Shown: positions 1 to 10,805, counted from the stretch's first letter. The stretch is DNA of 64,000 bases from an uncultured candidate division Zixibacteria bacterium (GCA_963817915.1 CAWFQL010000017.1:448001-512000), one strand, 5' to 3'. Numbers and translations: made by a program. The notes: a model not told the origin generated them from the sequence alone.

Positions 1-2
1 AA

Positions 3-1178
3 ACACTCGTAAGGCATTTTCATGTGACCTCGGAGGCATTCGGAAGTATTCCGCATATAATATGCTACGCCGCCAAGGCCAATCCGAATCTCGCCATACT
101 AAAGGTGGCATCTCTATGCGATTCCGGCGCCGATGTAGTTTCAGAGGGTGAACTTCGCGCCGCTCTAAAAGCCGGAATTCCGGCCAATAAGATCGTTTTT
201 TCAGGAGTCGGCAAGACCGATTCCGAAATCGAATTTGCCGCCCGAACCGGAATACTTTTTATTTGTGCCGAATCTCTTCAGGAAATTGATACGATCGGCA
301 AAATTGCCAAGAAGCTAAAAACCAAGATTCCAGTCGCAATCCGGGTAAATCCGGAAATCGATCCGAAAACCCATCCTTATATCGCCACCGGTCTGAGAAA
401 CACGAAATTCGGCTTAAGCGAGGATTTAGCGAAAGAAGCCTATAAGAGATGTCGGAAATTCGAATGGGTGGAGCCAGTAGGGATTTCTATGCATATCGGC
501 TCGCAAGTTGAGACTGTGAAGCCTTATGTTGACGCTACGAAAAAAATTGTCAAGCTCTACAAATATTTATGGAAACAAAATATCCGTTTAAGATATATAG
601 ATATTGGGGGAGGATGGGCCGCTCATTTTAATTCGCGGAAGCGACTGCCACACCCCGACGATTATATCTCGGCCGTTAAAGATCTTTTTGCCGATCTACC
701 GATCACTGTTGTGGTAGAGCCCGGAAGGTCGCTTATTGGCAATGCCGGTATTCTTGTCATGAGTGTCTTAGCATCCAAGAAGACGCCCTCGAAAAATTTC
801 TGTATCGTGGATGCCGGCATGAATGATTTTATTCGGCCTCCATTATATGGAGCCCGGCATCGCGTCGAACCTGTCAAATATTCGCATAGAATATCTATTT
901 TACAGGATGTTGTCGGCCCGGTTTGCGAAAGCAGTGATTTTTTCGCGAAGAAGATAAAATTGCCATTGATGAAAAAAAATGAACTGCTTGCGCTTTTCAC
1001 CGCGGGCGCTTATGGTTCATCGATGAGCTCAAATTACAATAGCCGCAGAAAAGCGGCTGAAGTGGCAGTAGCAAAAAATAAAGTATTTTTAATAAAGAAG
1101 AGGGAAACTTACGATAATCTAATCAGGAACCAAAATTTCGCTGGTATAGATTTAAAATTGGTTGGTAAATTATTATGA
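3..1178 (+). CDS. lysA: diaminopimelate decarboxylase (5' end runs off the window)
   Basis: Motifs YAAKAN (PLP Lys), HPYIATG, HIGSQ, EPGR, GPVCES, GAYG; frame is open back to the window edge. Confidence 0.93.
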   Translation, partial: TLVRHFHVTSEAFGSIPHIICYAAKANPNLAILKVASLCDSGADVVSEGELRAALKAGIPANKIVFSGVGKTDSEIEFAARTGILFICAESLQEIDTIGKIAKKLKTKIPVAIRVNPEIDPKTHPYIATGLRNTKFGLSEDLAKEAYKRCRKFEWVEPVGISMHIGSQVETVKPYVDATKKIVKLYKYLWKQNIRLRYIDIGGGWAAHFNSRKRLPHPDDYISAVKDLFADLPITVVVEPGRSLIGNAGILVMSVLASKKTPSKNFCIVDAGMNDFIRPPLYGARHRVEPVKYSHRISILQDVVGPVCESSDFFAKKIKLPLMKKNELLALFTAGAYGSSMSSNYNSRRKAAEVAVAKNKVFLIKKRETYDNLIRNQNFAGIDLKLVGKLL

Positions 1179-2293
1179 TAAATAAACTCGCGCGACCATC
1201 AAGAATAGAAATAGATATCAAAGCGCTCAAGCACAATATTTCTGTCATCAAATCCTGGATCGGACCCAAATCGACTCTAATGGGAGTTGTCAAGGCCGAT
1301 GCCTATGGACATGGTGCGGTCAAAATATCTCAAGCCGCCTCCGAAGAAGGCGTAGATTTCCTGGGCGTGGCTTTTCTCGAAGAAGCAATTGAATTACAGG
1401 AAGCCGGTATTAATACTCCGAAAGTTATCCTGTATCCGGAATCGATCGAAAGAAGCATTGAGGCGGTCAAGCGGAATATATTCATTACGATTTCCAATAC
1501 TGCCCAGTATACGACAATCAAGAACGGGCTCAATGGCAACAGCAACTCGATCAGATATTTTATCAAAGCCGAGACTGGAATGAATCGCTATGGCATGAAA
1601 TCCGACGAGATTGAGCAAAATATCGTCTTGCATATTAATTCACCGACCAAAGAATTGTATGGCATCACGACTAATTTAGCCGACCCCGGTATGAATAACA
1701 AAATTCTTGCTGAAAAACAGGTGCGCAATTTTGTGGAAACTGTTAAGCACATAAGCGAAAATTCATCCAACGGCATATTCTATTCAATCGATTCTTCCGG
1801 CTCTGTTTGGAAAAATAAATCATCCAACGGTTCGTTAGTTAGAATAGGACATCTGCTTTATGGTCTTGTGCCTAATGGATCCCGCTCAGATGAATTAAAA
1901 CCGGTAATGTCGGTCAAAAGTAGGATTGCTGAAATTCATCATGTTAAAGAAGGTGATGGTGTCGGCTACGGCTTTTCATTCATTGCCAGGAGAAATTCGA
2001 TCGTGGCGACTGTGCCGGCGGGCTACGCCGACGGCTATCCATGGAATCTTTCGAATAAAGGCCAGGTGATAGTGCGAGGCAAGAAGGCTCCGATAGCGGG
2101 CAAAATTTGCATGGACGCCTTTATGATCGATATCACCGATATTCCCGAATGCCAGCAGGGGGATGATGTGATTCTGCTGGGGTCAATGGGTGATCAGAGA
2201 ATCGACGCTCATGATATCGGTTCCTGGGCCGGGACTTTTTCATATGAAATACTCTCCGGATGGAGCAAGAGGATGCCGCGGATATATCTATGA
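1175..2293 (+). CDS. alr: alanine racemase family PLP enzyme (divergent)
   Basis: VVKADAYGHG, TGMNRYG, VGYG, GYADG, CMD, SYEIL motifs; ATGA overlap with lysA. Confidence 0.88.
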   Translation: MINKLARPSRIEIDIKALKHNISVIKSWIGPKSTLMGVVKADAYGHGAVKISQAASEEGVDFLGVAFLEEAIELQEAGINTPKVILYPESIERSIEAVKRNIFITISNTAQYTTIKNGLNGNSNSIRYFIKAETGMNRYGMKSDEIEQNIVLHINSPTKELYGITTNLADPGMNNKILAEKQVRNFVETVKHISENSSNGIFYSIDSSGSVWKNKSSNGSLVRIGHLLYGLVPNGSRSDELKPVMSVKSRIAEIHHVKEGDGVGYGFSFIARRNSIVATVPAGYADGYPWNLSNKGQVIVRGKKAPIAGKICMDAFMIDITDIPECQQGDDVILLGSMGDQRIDAHDIGSWAGTFSYEILSGWSKRMPRIYL

Positions 2294-3069
2294 TGGTGAG
2301 AATTAACATTAATGTTGCTGATATTCGCAAGGAACCTCAAGATAATTCTGAAAGGATTACTCAGGGATTATTCAACGAGATTGCAGAGGTTATGACCGAC
2401 AGCGATTCCTGGAGTAGAATCAAATTTCTCGATGGTTACGAAGGCTGGATCAGAAAAGCATTTATCAGTACTTATTGCAAACCATATGGCGAGGATTCAT
2501 TCGTTGTCGCTTTAAATCTCTCGCCCGGTTATATACAACCAAATATTCTATCCAGAGTTAATGGCTATTTCCCATATGGATGTTTAGTTGAAGGCATAGA
2601 TAATGGTCAATTTCTGGAGATTAAGACTGAACGATACGGCATATGTTTTTTGAACAAGACTGACCTTATAGAAAAGAGCTCTCTCGTAACGCCTCCCCAA
2701 AAAGACGAGGGGCGAATTGTATTGGAAGCAGAGAAATTTCTCGGCGTGCCATATCTTTGGGGCGGAAGATCATTTTTTGGTATCGATTGCTCCGGATTTT
2801 CGCAGGCCATCATGAAACGTTTTGGAATAAAATTGCCACGAGATTCAAAGGATCAAATTCATGAGGGAAGTGAAATCAACCGCAAGGATATTCGTACGGG
2901 AGATTTGCTCTTTTTCCCGAGGCATGTGGCGATTTCAACTTCTGGCGATATGCTTATTCACTCCAGCAGCTCCAATGGAGGAGTGGCATATAATAGCCTT
3001 GATCCCAAGAGCCCAATGTACTCTGAAAATCTCGATAAAACATTCATCACTGCCCGACGATTTTTTTAA
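2290..3069 (+). CDS. SH3 + NlpC/P60 (C40) peptidase, YkfC-like gamma-D-Glu-diamino acid endopeptidase
   Basis: GVPYLWGG..GIDCSGF, HVAI, IHSS catalytic triad motifs; N-terminal SH3b-like segment (DGYEGWI); ATGA overlap at 2290; no signal peptide. Confidence 0.85.
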   Translation: MMVRININVADIRKEPQDNSERITQGLFNEIAEVMTDSDSWSRIKFLDGYEGWIRKAFISTYCKPYGEDSFVVALNLSPGYIQPNILSRVNGYFPYGCLVEGIDNGQFLEIKTERYGICFLNKTDLIEKSSLVTPPQKDEGRIVLEAEKFLGVPYLWGGRSFFGIDCSGFSQAIMKRFGIKLPRDSKDQIHEGSEINRKDIRTGDLLFFPRHVAISTSGDMLIHSSSSNGGVAYNSLDPKSPMYSENLDKTFITARRFF

Positions 3070-4209
3070 TGAATAATATTTATAAATACCTCGTTTTGAT
3101 TTTAATAATGATATTGTCATTTATGGCATTGACTGCAATTAAAGGCTCGACCTTATCAGGAGCAAAAGTGAATAATATGATTTTCATAGAAAATGATGAT
3201 GATTGGCAAAAATGCAAATTTGTCAACTGTGCTCCCAATGTTCAGGACCATTCGATTGATTTTAACTGCGCGGGCGGTCCGTCATCGCTGACTACCGATA
3301 TTATTGATCCTGGATTTCGAATTTGATCAGATAATTCTTTCCTGGAATATTAACCGACTGGATTCATTATCTTCGATGTCATTCGAATTAGAGGTTTCTC
3401 CGGATCAGGAAGAATGGTACCGATTTGGGTATCTCGCCTGGGGTGCATCCGATTCCGCCAAAATGGCCGCGTTAATGATCTCGCCGAGAACAATAGATGG
3501 AATTGGTTATATGGATACCGATGTTCTTAAGCTGAAGAAACCGATGAGATTCGCACGTGTAATTGCAGCCGCGAGTTGCGATACATCATCATCGCATATA
3601 TCATTAAGAAGACTGGCTCTTGCATTTTCTTCCAAAAACTCAAGTTGGCGCGAATACCTCAAAACAACAAAAGGTGAAAAGAAACCAATCTACGGCATTT
3701 CCAAACTCGCTGTCCCATATTTTAGCCAGAGAAATCTGCCGGAAGAAATCTCCGGCTCCTGTTGTTCGCCAACATCGGTTAGTATGGTGCTCAATTATTA
3801 TAATCTGAATATCAATCCCGAAAAGCTTGCTTGGCAAATTTACGACCCTTTCAATAAAATGTTTGGCGATTGGCCATTTAATGTTCAGGCCGCTTACATG
3901 AATGGTCTCGGCAAAGCCTGGGTTGAAATACATAGCGGTTTCGACGAAATCTACGACGAAGTCGTTGGCGGAAGACCGGTGATTATAAGTATTGCCTATG
4001 GCTATAACGAATTACCCAAATCCCCGATCCATGAAGCAACTGTCGGCCATCTAATTGTGGTCGTCGGTTTTGAGGGTCCCGATACCGTAATCTGCAATGA
4101 TCCCGCAGGCCATGATGCATCGGATGGAATAATCAAATATCCAAGGCTTGAGCTCGAAAAAATCTGGATAAATCACGGCGGCGTTGCCTATCATCTATGG
4201 CCAGAATAA
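3069..4209 (+). CDS. secreted C39-like cysteine peptidase (one apparent +1 frameshift at about 3315-3317)
   Basis: Signal peptide in 3069..3326; removing one T joins DPGF to EFDQIILSWN; PYFSQ..CSPTS, GHLIVVVG, NDP motifs in 3304..4209. Confidence 0.75.
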
Positions 4210-5140
4210 TAAAACCGCGCAAATTAAATCCGGGCGATACCATCGCGCTGATAGCGCCATCATGGATCGTGCCCCCGGAACAGCTTAATAAGGGTATCGA
4301 ATTCCTTAGAAACCGCGGTTACAAGGTAAAGGAATATCCACAGATTCGTAGCCGATACGCTTACTTCTCCGGAAATGATAAAATGCGCGCCGATGCCTTG
4401 ATGCACGCATTCTCCGATAAAAAAGTCGATGCCATATTCTGTGTCGCGCGGCGGTTTCGGTGCGCAGAGAATACTTCAGTATATCGATTACAATGTGATC
4501 CGAAAAAATCCCAAACCATTTCTTGGTTACTCGGATATTACGGTCTTATTACTTTCGATATTCGCAAAAACCGGACTGGTCACATTCCATGGCCCCATGG
4601 TATCGACATCATTCGCGAGAAAGAAAAAACCATATACGATAGAATATTTTAAGAAAGCTTTGGAGGATTCATCTCCAATAGGCTTGGTGGCCAAGCCAAA
4701 AGAGTATAAAATAGAATGCCTCATTCCCGGGCGAGCTTCCGGCAGAATCGTCGGCGGGAATCTTTCCCTGATCACAAAGTTAATCGGCACCGGATTATTG
4801 CCATCATTTAAAAATAAGATAGTTTTTCTCGAAGATACCGACGAGGCTGCTTATCGTGTTGACGGCTACTTGTCTCATCTTTTTCAGGCCACTGATATTA
4901 GCCAAAGCACGAGGTTTCGTCATCGGTGAATTTACCAAAACCCCTCGACCAAAAGGCGGCGCTAAAGGCTGGACTCTAAAGCAGGTTATTCAGGATTATT
5001 TCTCGAAAGTCAAAAAGCCTACAATCAGCGGTTTCCCCTGCGGGCATGGCCACGAAAAAATCACTATACCAATCGGCGTAAATGTGGTAATTGATGCTGA
5101 CAAGAAAACTCTGGAATTTACTGAGGCGGGGGTGTGGTAA
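4197..5140 (+). CDS. ldcA: S66 family LD-carboxypeptidase (apparent +1 frameshifts at 4444 and about 4897)
   Basis: Three ORF pieces rebuild LNPGDTIALIAPS..FCARGGFG..GYSDIT..HGPM..GGNL..FLED..GHG (Ser-Glu-His triad). Confidence 0.85.
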
Positions 5141-6141
5141 TGAAAATTAATATAAAAGAACACGAAATCCATCTAAAGACAACCTTCAGGACAACCCATG
5201 GAGCCAGCGACTCCAAACGAGTTATTATCACCGATATCGATGGCGGCCTCGGCGAGGCATCGCCGGTTCATTATTACGGCGAAAATCTTGATACGGTAAA
5301 GATATTCCTCCATCAGGCATCCAATATTCTGAGCGATGATCCGTTCCAATTGGAATCGCTGGGCAAAAAGCTTGATAGCATTGCTGCATTCAATTATAGC
5401 GCCAAAGCGGCCATCGACATGTCAATGCATGATCTGGTCTGCAAAAAACTCGGCATTCCTCTATATAAATTTTTCGGCATTACTCCACGTACAGATCTTC
5501 CCACATCCTATACAATCTCAATCTCCGATCCTGACAGTATGAAGAAAGAAACCGAAAAATCGCCGGGCTATCAGGTCTACAAGGTAAAAGTCGGCGTACC
5601 AGGCGATATCGAAATGGTTGCCGCAGTCAGAGACGCTACCAAGGCGCGAATCAGGGTCGATGCCAACGAAGGATGGTCAGTCAAAGAGGCCATCTGGCGA
5701 ATCAAAGAGCTTGAGAAGCTTGATGTCGAATTCATCGAACAGCCTCTTAATAGAGATGATTTCGATGGTTTCAAAATCCTCCGCTCCAGGGTCGATATGC
5801 CGATTCTTGCTGATGAAGGAATTTTCCGCGCAAGCGATATCCCCAAGTATGTGGGCTTAGTCGACGGTATCAATATCAAGCTCTCCAAATCCGGCGGCCT
5901 GAGAGAGGCGTTCAAAATGATCGCAGTCGCCAGGGCTCATAAAATGAAAATAATGATCGGCTGTATGATCGAGACCTCAGTTGGTATCACTGCCGCCGCT
6001 CACCTTGCGATGCTATTAGACTATGCCGATCTCGATGGCAATGTCTTGATAAAAGACGATCCCTATCGCGGAGTCACTCTCAAAAATGGCTGTCTCATTT
6101 TACCTGACAGCCCTGGCATCGGTGTAGTTCCAGCAAAATGA
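5140..6141 (+). CDS. L-Ala-D/L-Glu dipeptide epimerase (enolase superfamily, YcjG/YkfB-like)
   Basis: KVKVG, DANEGW, EQP, DE, NIKLSKSGG, GCMIE, DLDG motifs. Confidence 0.88.
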   Translation: MKINIKEHEIHLKTTFRTTHGASDSKRVIITDIDGGLGEASPVHYYGENLDTVKIFLHQASNILSDDPFQLESLGKKLDSIAAFNYSAKAAIDMSMHDLVCKKLGIPLYKFFGITPRTDLPTSYTISISDPDSMKKETEKSPGYQVYKVKVGVPGDIEMVAAVRDATKARIRVDANEGWSVKEAIWRIKELEKLDVEFIEQPLNRDDFDGFKILRSRVDMPILADEGIFRASDIPKYVGLVDGINIKLSKSGGLREAFKMIAVARAHKMKIMIGCMIETSVGITAAAHLAMLLDYADLDGNVLIKDDPYRGVTLKNGCLILPDSPGIGVVPAK

Positions 6142-7883
6142 AGAAGCTTATACTCTGCATTTGGATCTTATTCATAGTCGATATAGCGTCGGCCGGCTTG
6201 GAAATCAATGTCATCTATCCCAGGCCCGGGCAGGAAATCGCAATTGTCGATTCGACATTTATATTCGGCAATATCACTTCAGGCGCATCTCTCTTTATTA
6301 ATGATGAACTCATTCCTGTCTATAAATCCGGTGGCTGGATTGCGTTCCAGAAAGTGCAACGCGGCGATTTTGTCTTTCATTTGGTGGCTTTCAAAGATGG
6401 CGATTCTACATCACTCGATTGGCCTGTCAGAATCGGCCCAATTATCGAATTCGATTCCACTGGTGGAGGTATCGTAAAAGGCTCTATTCGCCCGACATCG
6501 AAAGCAATTTACTCGGTCGGCGATCTTCTTGAATTTTCATTCGAAGCGCCATCCAATGGCTGCGCGTATTTCAAAATCAATAATAGGCAGCCTGTCGAGA
6601 TGATCGAATCCGATTCATCAATAAAGATCGAAAATCTATCTATGTATCGCGGCTATTATCAATTCACAGAATCCGACACTGGATCACATCGTATCTCATA
6701 CGAATTCTCTGCCAACCGTTGGGAAGCATTGACAGGCAATTTTATTACAATCGATACTCTGCTTAGCGTTTTGCCCGATTATCCGCCAGTTATCGGTGTC
6801 TTTAAAGGCACATCACAAATCGTCAGAACCGGTCCATACATGGGATATAAATTGCTCTATCAACCGCCAGGCATCAATGTTCTTGTCACCGGAATGGTTG
6901 ATGGCTTTTATAAAATTGCCCTGGCCGAAAATATCAACGCCTATGTCAATGTCGATAGCGTGAGCATCTTGAGTCCCGAAACATCTTTGCCTGCAGCTTC
7001 CTGTTCCGGTATTACGATCGACAAGGTATCCGATGGAGTCATAATTTCGGCCGAAATTGGAGCAAAGATGCCCTTTGAGGTTAATGAAAATCTCAATCCG
7101 CAAGTAATGGATATCGATATTTTCGGAGTTAAAGGCGATGTCGATAGAATTCGGTATAATTCCGATGATAAATTTATCAAAATGGCAAGATGGTCCCAGC
7201 CTCAGGATGATCTTTTCCGAATATCGATCGATTTCGGCGAAGGGAAAATCAAGGGATATACCGCTGGTTACCAGGATAAAAAATTTGTAATTCATATTAA
7301 AAAGAAATCAAATAAACATGGGATGTTCTCCAAATCATTAAAAGGCGTGCGAATCGTAGTCGACCCCGGGCATTCACACGACGCCGGAGCAGTCGGCCCG
7401 ACCGGGCTGAGAGAAGAAGACCCCAATCTCTGGATCGGGCAGGAATTGAGAACCATGCTCGAACGAAAAGGCGCGAAAGTGCTTATGACGCGCTATGGTC
7501 ACGAAGACGTCCCTTTGTATGACCGCCCCGCGATGGCGGAAAAATTCAATGCCGATATTCTTGTCTCTATACACAATAACGCTCTTCCCGATGGCAAAAA
7601 CCCATTCACCGATAATGGCACGTCTACATATTATTATCATCCGCATTCCAAGCCGCTCGCAGAAGCTATTCAGAAACGACTGCTCCATGCCACGGGTCTT
7701 CCCGATTACGGTCTCTATTATGGCAATTTGGCGCTTACCAGGCCGAGTTCATTTCCTGCTGTCCTTGTCGAATGCGCATTCATGATGATCCCCGAACAGG
7801 AAGCTATGCTGAAGAATGAGAAATTCAGAAAGAAATGTGCCAGGGCCATCATGGAAGGTATAGAAGATTATCTCGACGAATAA
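6138..7883 (+). CDS. exported N-acetylmuramoyl-L-alanine amidase (C-terminal Amidase_3 domain, long N-terminal beta-rich region)
   Basis: Signal peptide; IVVDPGH..E..SIHNNA..VLVECAF zinc-amidase motifs. Confidence 0.88.
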   Translation: MKKLILCIWILFIVDIASAGLEINVIYPRPGQEIAIVDSTFIFGNITSGASLFINDELIPVYKSGGWIAFQKVQRGDFVFHLVAFKDGDSTSLDWPVRIGPIIEFDSTGGGIVKGSIRPTSKAIYSVGDLLEFSFEAPSNGCAYFKINNRQPVEMIESDSSIKIENLSMYRGYYQFTESDTGSHRISYEFSANRWEALTGNFITIDTLLSVLPDYPPVIGVFKGTSQIVRTGPYMGYKLLYQPPGINVLVTGMVDGFYKIALAENINAYVNVDSVSILSPETSLPAASCSGITIDKVSDGVIISAEIGAKMPFEVNENLNPQVMDIDIFGVKGDVDRIRYNSDDKFIKMARWSQPQDDLFRISIDFGEGKIKGYTAGYQDKKFVIHIKKKSNKHGMFSKSLKGVRIVVDPGHSHDAGAVGPTGLREEDPNLWIGQELRTMLERKGAKVLMTRYGHEDVPLYDRPAMAEKFNADILVSIHNNALPDGKNPFTDNGTSTYYYHPHSKPLAEAIQKRLLHATGLPDYGLYYGNLALTRPSSFPAVLVECAFMMIPEQEAMLKNEKFRKKCARAIMEGIEDYLDE

Positions 7884-7895
7884 ATAATAATTGTA

Positions 7896-8705
7896 CTACT
7901 GCTTAAGCGCTCCGGCAGTGATTCCTTCAGTAATCTGTTTCTGGAAAATCAAAAATACTATAATAACCGGCATCGAGGCAATCACCGAACCGGCCATTGT
8001 CACTGGCCAATCGCTTGAACGGGGGTCCTGCATCAACGCCAATCCCACCGGCAATGTGTACATCTGATTGGAATTAGTCAGTATTTTCTGGAAAAGAAAT
8101 GAATTCCAGGTTGTCAAAAATATCTGTACTGCCAGCACGGCCATTGCGGGTTTGCACATTGGAAGCACTATCTTGAAAAAAATCGAAAGCTCGCCTGCCC
8201 CATCGACTCTGGCGGCGTCCTCTAAATCCTGAGGCAATCCGTCGATATACTGCTTCATTAAGAATATCCCCAATGGTGATATCAGCCACGGTACAATCAA
8301 CGCCCAATATGAATCAAACCATCCGAATTTCAGCATCATCTGAAAAATAGGCAATATAAGCACGTGGGCCGGTATCATTAGCATCGCGATAGCCGATACG
8401 AAAATCGGCCAGGCTATCTTTTGAAACCCTCTCGAAAGGCCATATCCGACCATTCCGCAAAAAAGCATATTCCCCAATGTTACCACTATCGCAACAAATG
8501 TTGAATTGAAAAAGTACCAGCCAAAATTATTGGATTTGAATACTGTTGTATAGCTTTCGAGACTGAATGACAGCTTGCTCAGATCGACAGCAAATGTGCC
8601 CGGCTTTTGAAACGATAGCACGATCATATATATCATCGGAAATACCATGATAAATAATATCAGCCCCAGGAATACCGAAACTGTCCATTTAATGATCTTA
8701 TTCAT
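7896..8705 (-). CDS. carbohydrate ABC transporter permease (MalG-like)
   Basis: EAA loop LEDAARVDGA; WNSFL; TLPVGL; GITAGALK. Confidence 0.9.
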   Translation of the reverse strand: MNKIIKWTVSVFLGLILFIMVFPMIYMIVLSFQKPGTFAVDLSKLSFSLESYTTVFKSNNFGWYFFNSTFVAIVVTLGNMLFCGMVGYGLSRGFQKIAWPIFVSAIAMLMIPAHVLILPIFQMMLKFGWFDSYWALIVPWLISPLGIFLMKQYIDGLPQDLEDAARVDGAGELSIFFKIVLPMCKPAMAVLAVQIFLTTWNSFLFQKILTNSNQMYTLPVGLALMQDPRSSDWPVTMAGSVIASMPVIIVFLIFQKQITEGITAGALKQ

Positions 8706-9571
8706 TTCGATGTGCTCCGCAAATTGATCAGCCTGAATTGAATCAATGAGAACAGCAGTATTATCATGAATAATATATATGCCGCCGCTGAGCCATAGCC
8801 GATATCGCCCCGTTGTATACCCTTATCGAATATATAATATACCGTGGTCAATGTAGAATTGAACGGTCTTCCTGAAGTCATCACGAAAATCTCCACAAAT
8901 ACCTGGAATGATCTTATCGTATTTAAAACTATTACGAAAACAAATGTCGATTTCAATAATGGTATTGTAATACTTTTGCTTCTTCTGAAAAAACCGGCAC
9001 CATCGACTTTTGCTGCTTCGAAAAGCTCGGTCGGTATGGATTTAATTCCCGCGAGAAATATAAGCACATAATATCCTATGGCGACCCAGATATCCATCGC
9101 CATTATCGCTAAAAGCGCAGTCTTCTCAGATTGCAGAAAGCCATTGGCAGGAGGAGTTAGTCCGGCCAGCTTATACAAAGAAAAGATATAACCGTCTCTG
9201 GAATAAAGATTATAAAACACTAATGCCACCACTACCATGGCCGTGATCGACGGTATAAAATATGTGGCTTGAAATATCCGATGTCCCGGTATTTTCTCGG
9301 CAATTATCAATGCTAATACCAGCGCCGCGATTGTGGTTATCGGTATCGTGCCAAAAATAAAGTAGAATGTATTCTTTAATGATGTGACAAATACAGGATC
9401 ATTAATTAGCCTTAAGTAATTGGCGAATCCTATGAATTTTCCGCTTCCTCTCAATAGCTGGAAGTCAGTGAGAGATAGATAGAATGAATAGACCATCGGA
9501 TAAAGCCAGAAGACTATCAGGAAAACTACCCAGGGCAAGGTGAAGAGTAGTACTTTATTTTGCTGTCTCAT
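8702..9571 (-). CDS. carbohydrate ABC transporter permease (MalF-like)
   Basis: FIGFANY; LFEAAKVDGA; ITIPLL. Confidence 0.9.
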   Translation of the reverse strand: MRQQNKVLLFTLPWVVFLIVFWLYPMVYSFYLSLTDFQLLRGSGKFIGFANYLRLINDPVFVTSLKNTFYFIFGTIPITTIAALVLALIIAEKIPGHRIFQATYFIPSITAMVVVALVFYNLYSRDGYIFSLYKLAGLTPPANGFLQSEKTALLAIMAMDIWVAIGYYVLIFLAGIKSIPTELFEAAKVDGAGFFRRSKSITIPLLKSTFVFVIVLNTIRSFQVFVEIFVMTSGRPFNSTLTTVYYIFDKGIQRGDIGYGSAAAYILFMIILLFSLIQFRLINLRSTSK

Positions 9572-10751
9572 TTTCCAAATTTCTCAATTTAGTATTTATA
9601 TCGACCGACGCCTTCGTCAATACTTCCCGCGCTGTCCCATGGCCGTACATGGCAGCTTCGATCGCATCCTCGATATCTTGTTCGATATCGATCCATATCG
9701 GCGTTGGCGGAGTTGCTCTCGAATTCCGAAGCTGCTGCGCCATTATTCGCTGCTCAGGATCGCTGATTGTGAGATCATTATATGGCGGAAATCCGAACCC
9801 GGCGGCATCGCATAACCTTTGCGAATTTTCTTTCGATGTCAGAAATTCGGCCAATTTTTTCGCCATCTCCATCTTTTTTGATTTTGCGTAAACCGCGATA
9901 TATTCGCCGCCGAAGAACGATGTTCCTGTTCCGCCGCCTGAACGAAAAATCGGAACCAATCGATATTTAAAATCAGGAGGTGTCTTTTTCAATCTCCTCA
10001 GAAGCCATCCACCGGAGATTACGAATCCGACCTTCCCTTCACGAAAATATTCTTCTATTCTCGATTGACTCTCAATTATTCCGCAGTGACATAGATCAAG
10101 GTAAAAATCAAGCGCGCCCACCGACTCTTTGGTATCGAGTGCGGATATTTTATTATCTTCGCTCAATATCTGGCCGCCATTGCACCATAGAAACGGTAAA
10201 AACTTTTTATACAACCTGTGTTTTTCGGCAGAATTGCTTCCAAAACCAAAACATTCATCTCCCAAAAGATCAATTTTACGGCAAGCCTTGAGCAATTCCG
10301 GCCAATCGTTAGGAGTCTTAATTTTCGCTTTCTGAAGCAGATCAATATTGAAATAGAATATTCTCGAATCAAGCATCCAGGGCAGCGCATAAAGCTTTTC
10401 ATTCCAAACTGCGGGGTAGAGATAGTTTTCCGGCAAATCCGATTCAAATTCGGTCAAAAGTCCGTTCGATGAAAATTGCGCGATCCAATCTGAACCCAAT
10501 TCCATCACATCTGGCGGAGCCTTGGCCGCGAATGATATTACAAGCTTGTCTTGTCCGTTGGCCCATGTTAAGTCGGTTATCTCTACTTTTGTGCCGGGGT
10601 TTGCCAATTCAAATTCCGCTATCAACTGCTCAATTACCGGTTTTGTGTTGATATCCGACCAGAATTGCCAGAACCTGATGGCATTCTCATCCTTTCTCGG
10701 AATCGAACAGCTTAATAGCAAAACCGCGAGGACAAAAAATACCTTTCGCAT
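9555..10751 (-). CDS. carbohydrate ABC transporter substrate-binding lipoprotein
   Basis: Lipobox LLSC; PPDVM; LYALPW; FREGKVG; adjacent to two CUT1-type permeases. Confidence 0.88.
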   Translation of the reverse strand: MRKVFFVLAVLLLSCSIPRKDENAIRFWQFWSDINTKPVIEQLIAEFELANPGTKVEITDLTWANGQDKLVISFAAKAPPDVMELGSDWIAQFSSNGLLTEFESDLPENYLYPAVWNEKLYALPWMLDSRIFYFNIDLLQKAKIKTPNDWPELLKACRKIDLLGDECFGFGSNSAEKHRLYKKFLPFLWCNGGQILSEDNKISALDTKESVGALDFYLDLCHCGIIESQSRIEEYFREGKVGFVISGGWLLRRLKKTPPDFKYRLVPIFRSGGGTGTSFFGGEYIAVYAKSKKMEMAKKLAEFLTSKENSQRLCDAAGFGFPPYNDLTISDPEQRIMAQQLRNSRATPPTPIWIDIEQDIEDAIEAAMYGHGTAREVLTKASVDINTKLRNLENETAK

Positions 10752-10758
10752 AGATTTG

Positions 10759-10788
10759 ATTTTATCTTCAATACATATCGCTTGTCAA
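10759..10788 (-). promoter_or_regulatory. sigma70-type promoter for the ABC operon (leaderless geometry)
   Basis: TTGACA-18 nt-TAAAAT-7 nt-ATG on the minus strand. Confidence 0.65.
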
Positions 10789-10805
10789 GCGCAAGCTCAG
10801 GATTT

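Noticed and set aside
7896..10751. Missing ATPase in the sugar ABC cluster as an anomaly
   Set aside because: CUT1 systems commonly share an MsmX/MsiK-type ATPase encoded elsewhere
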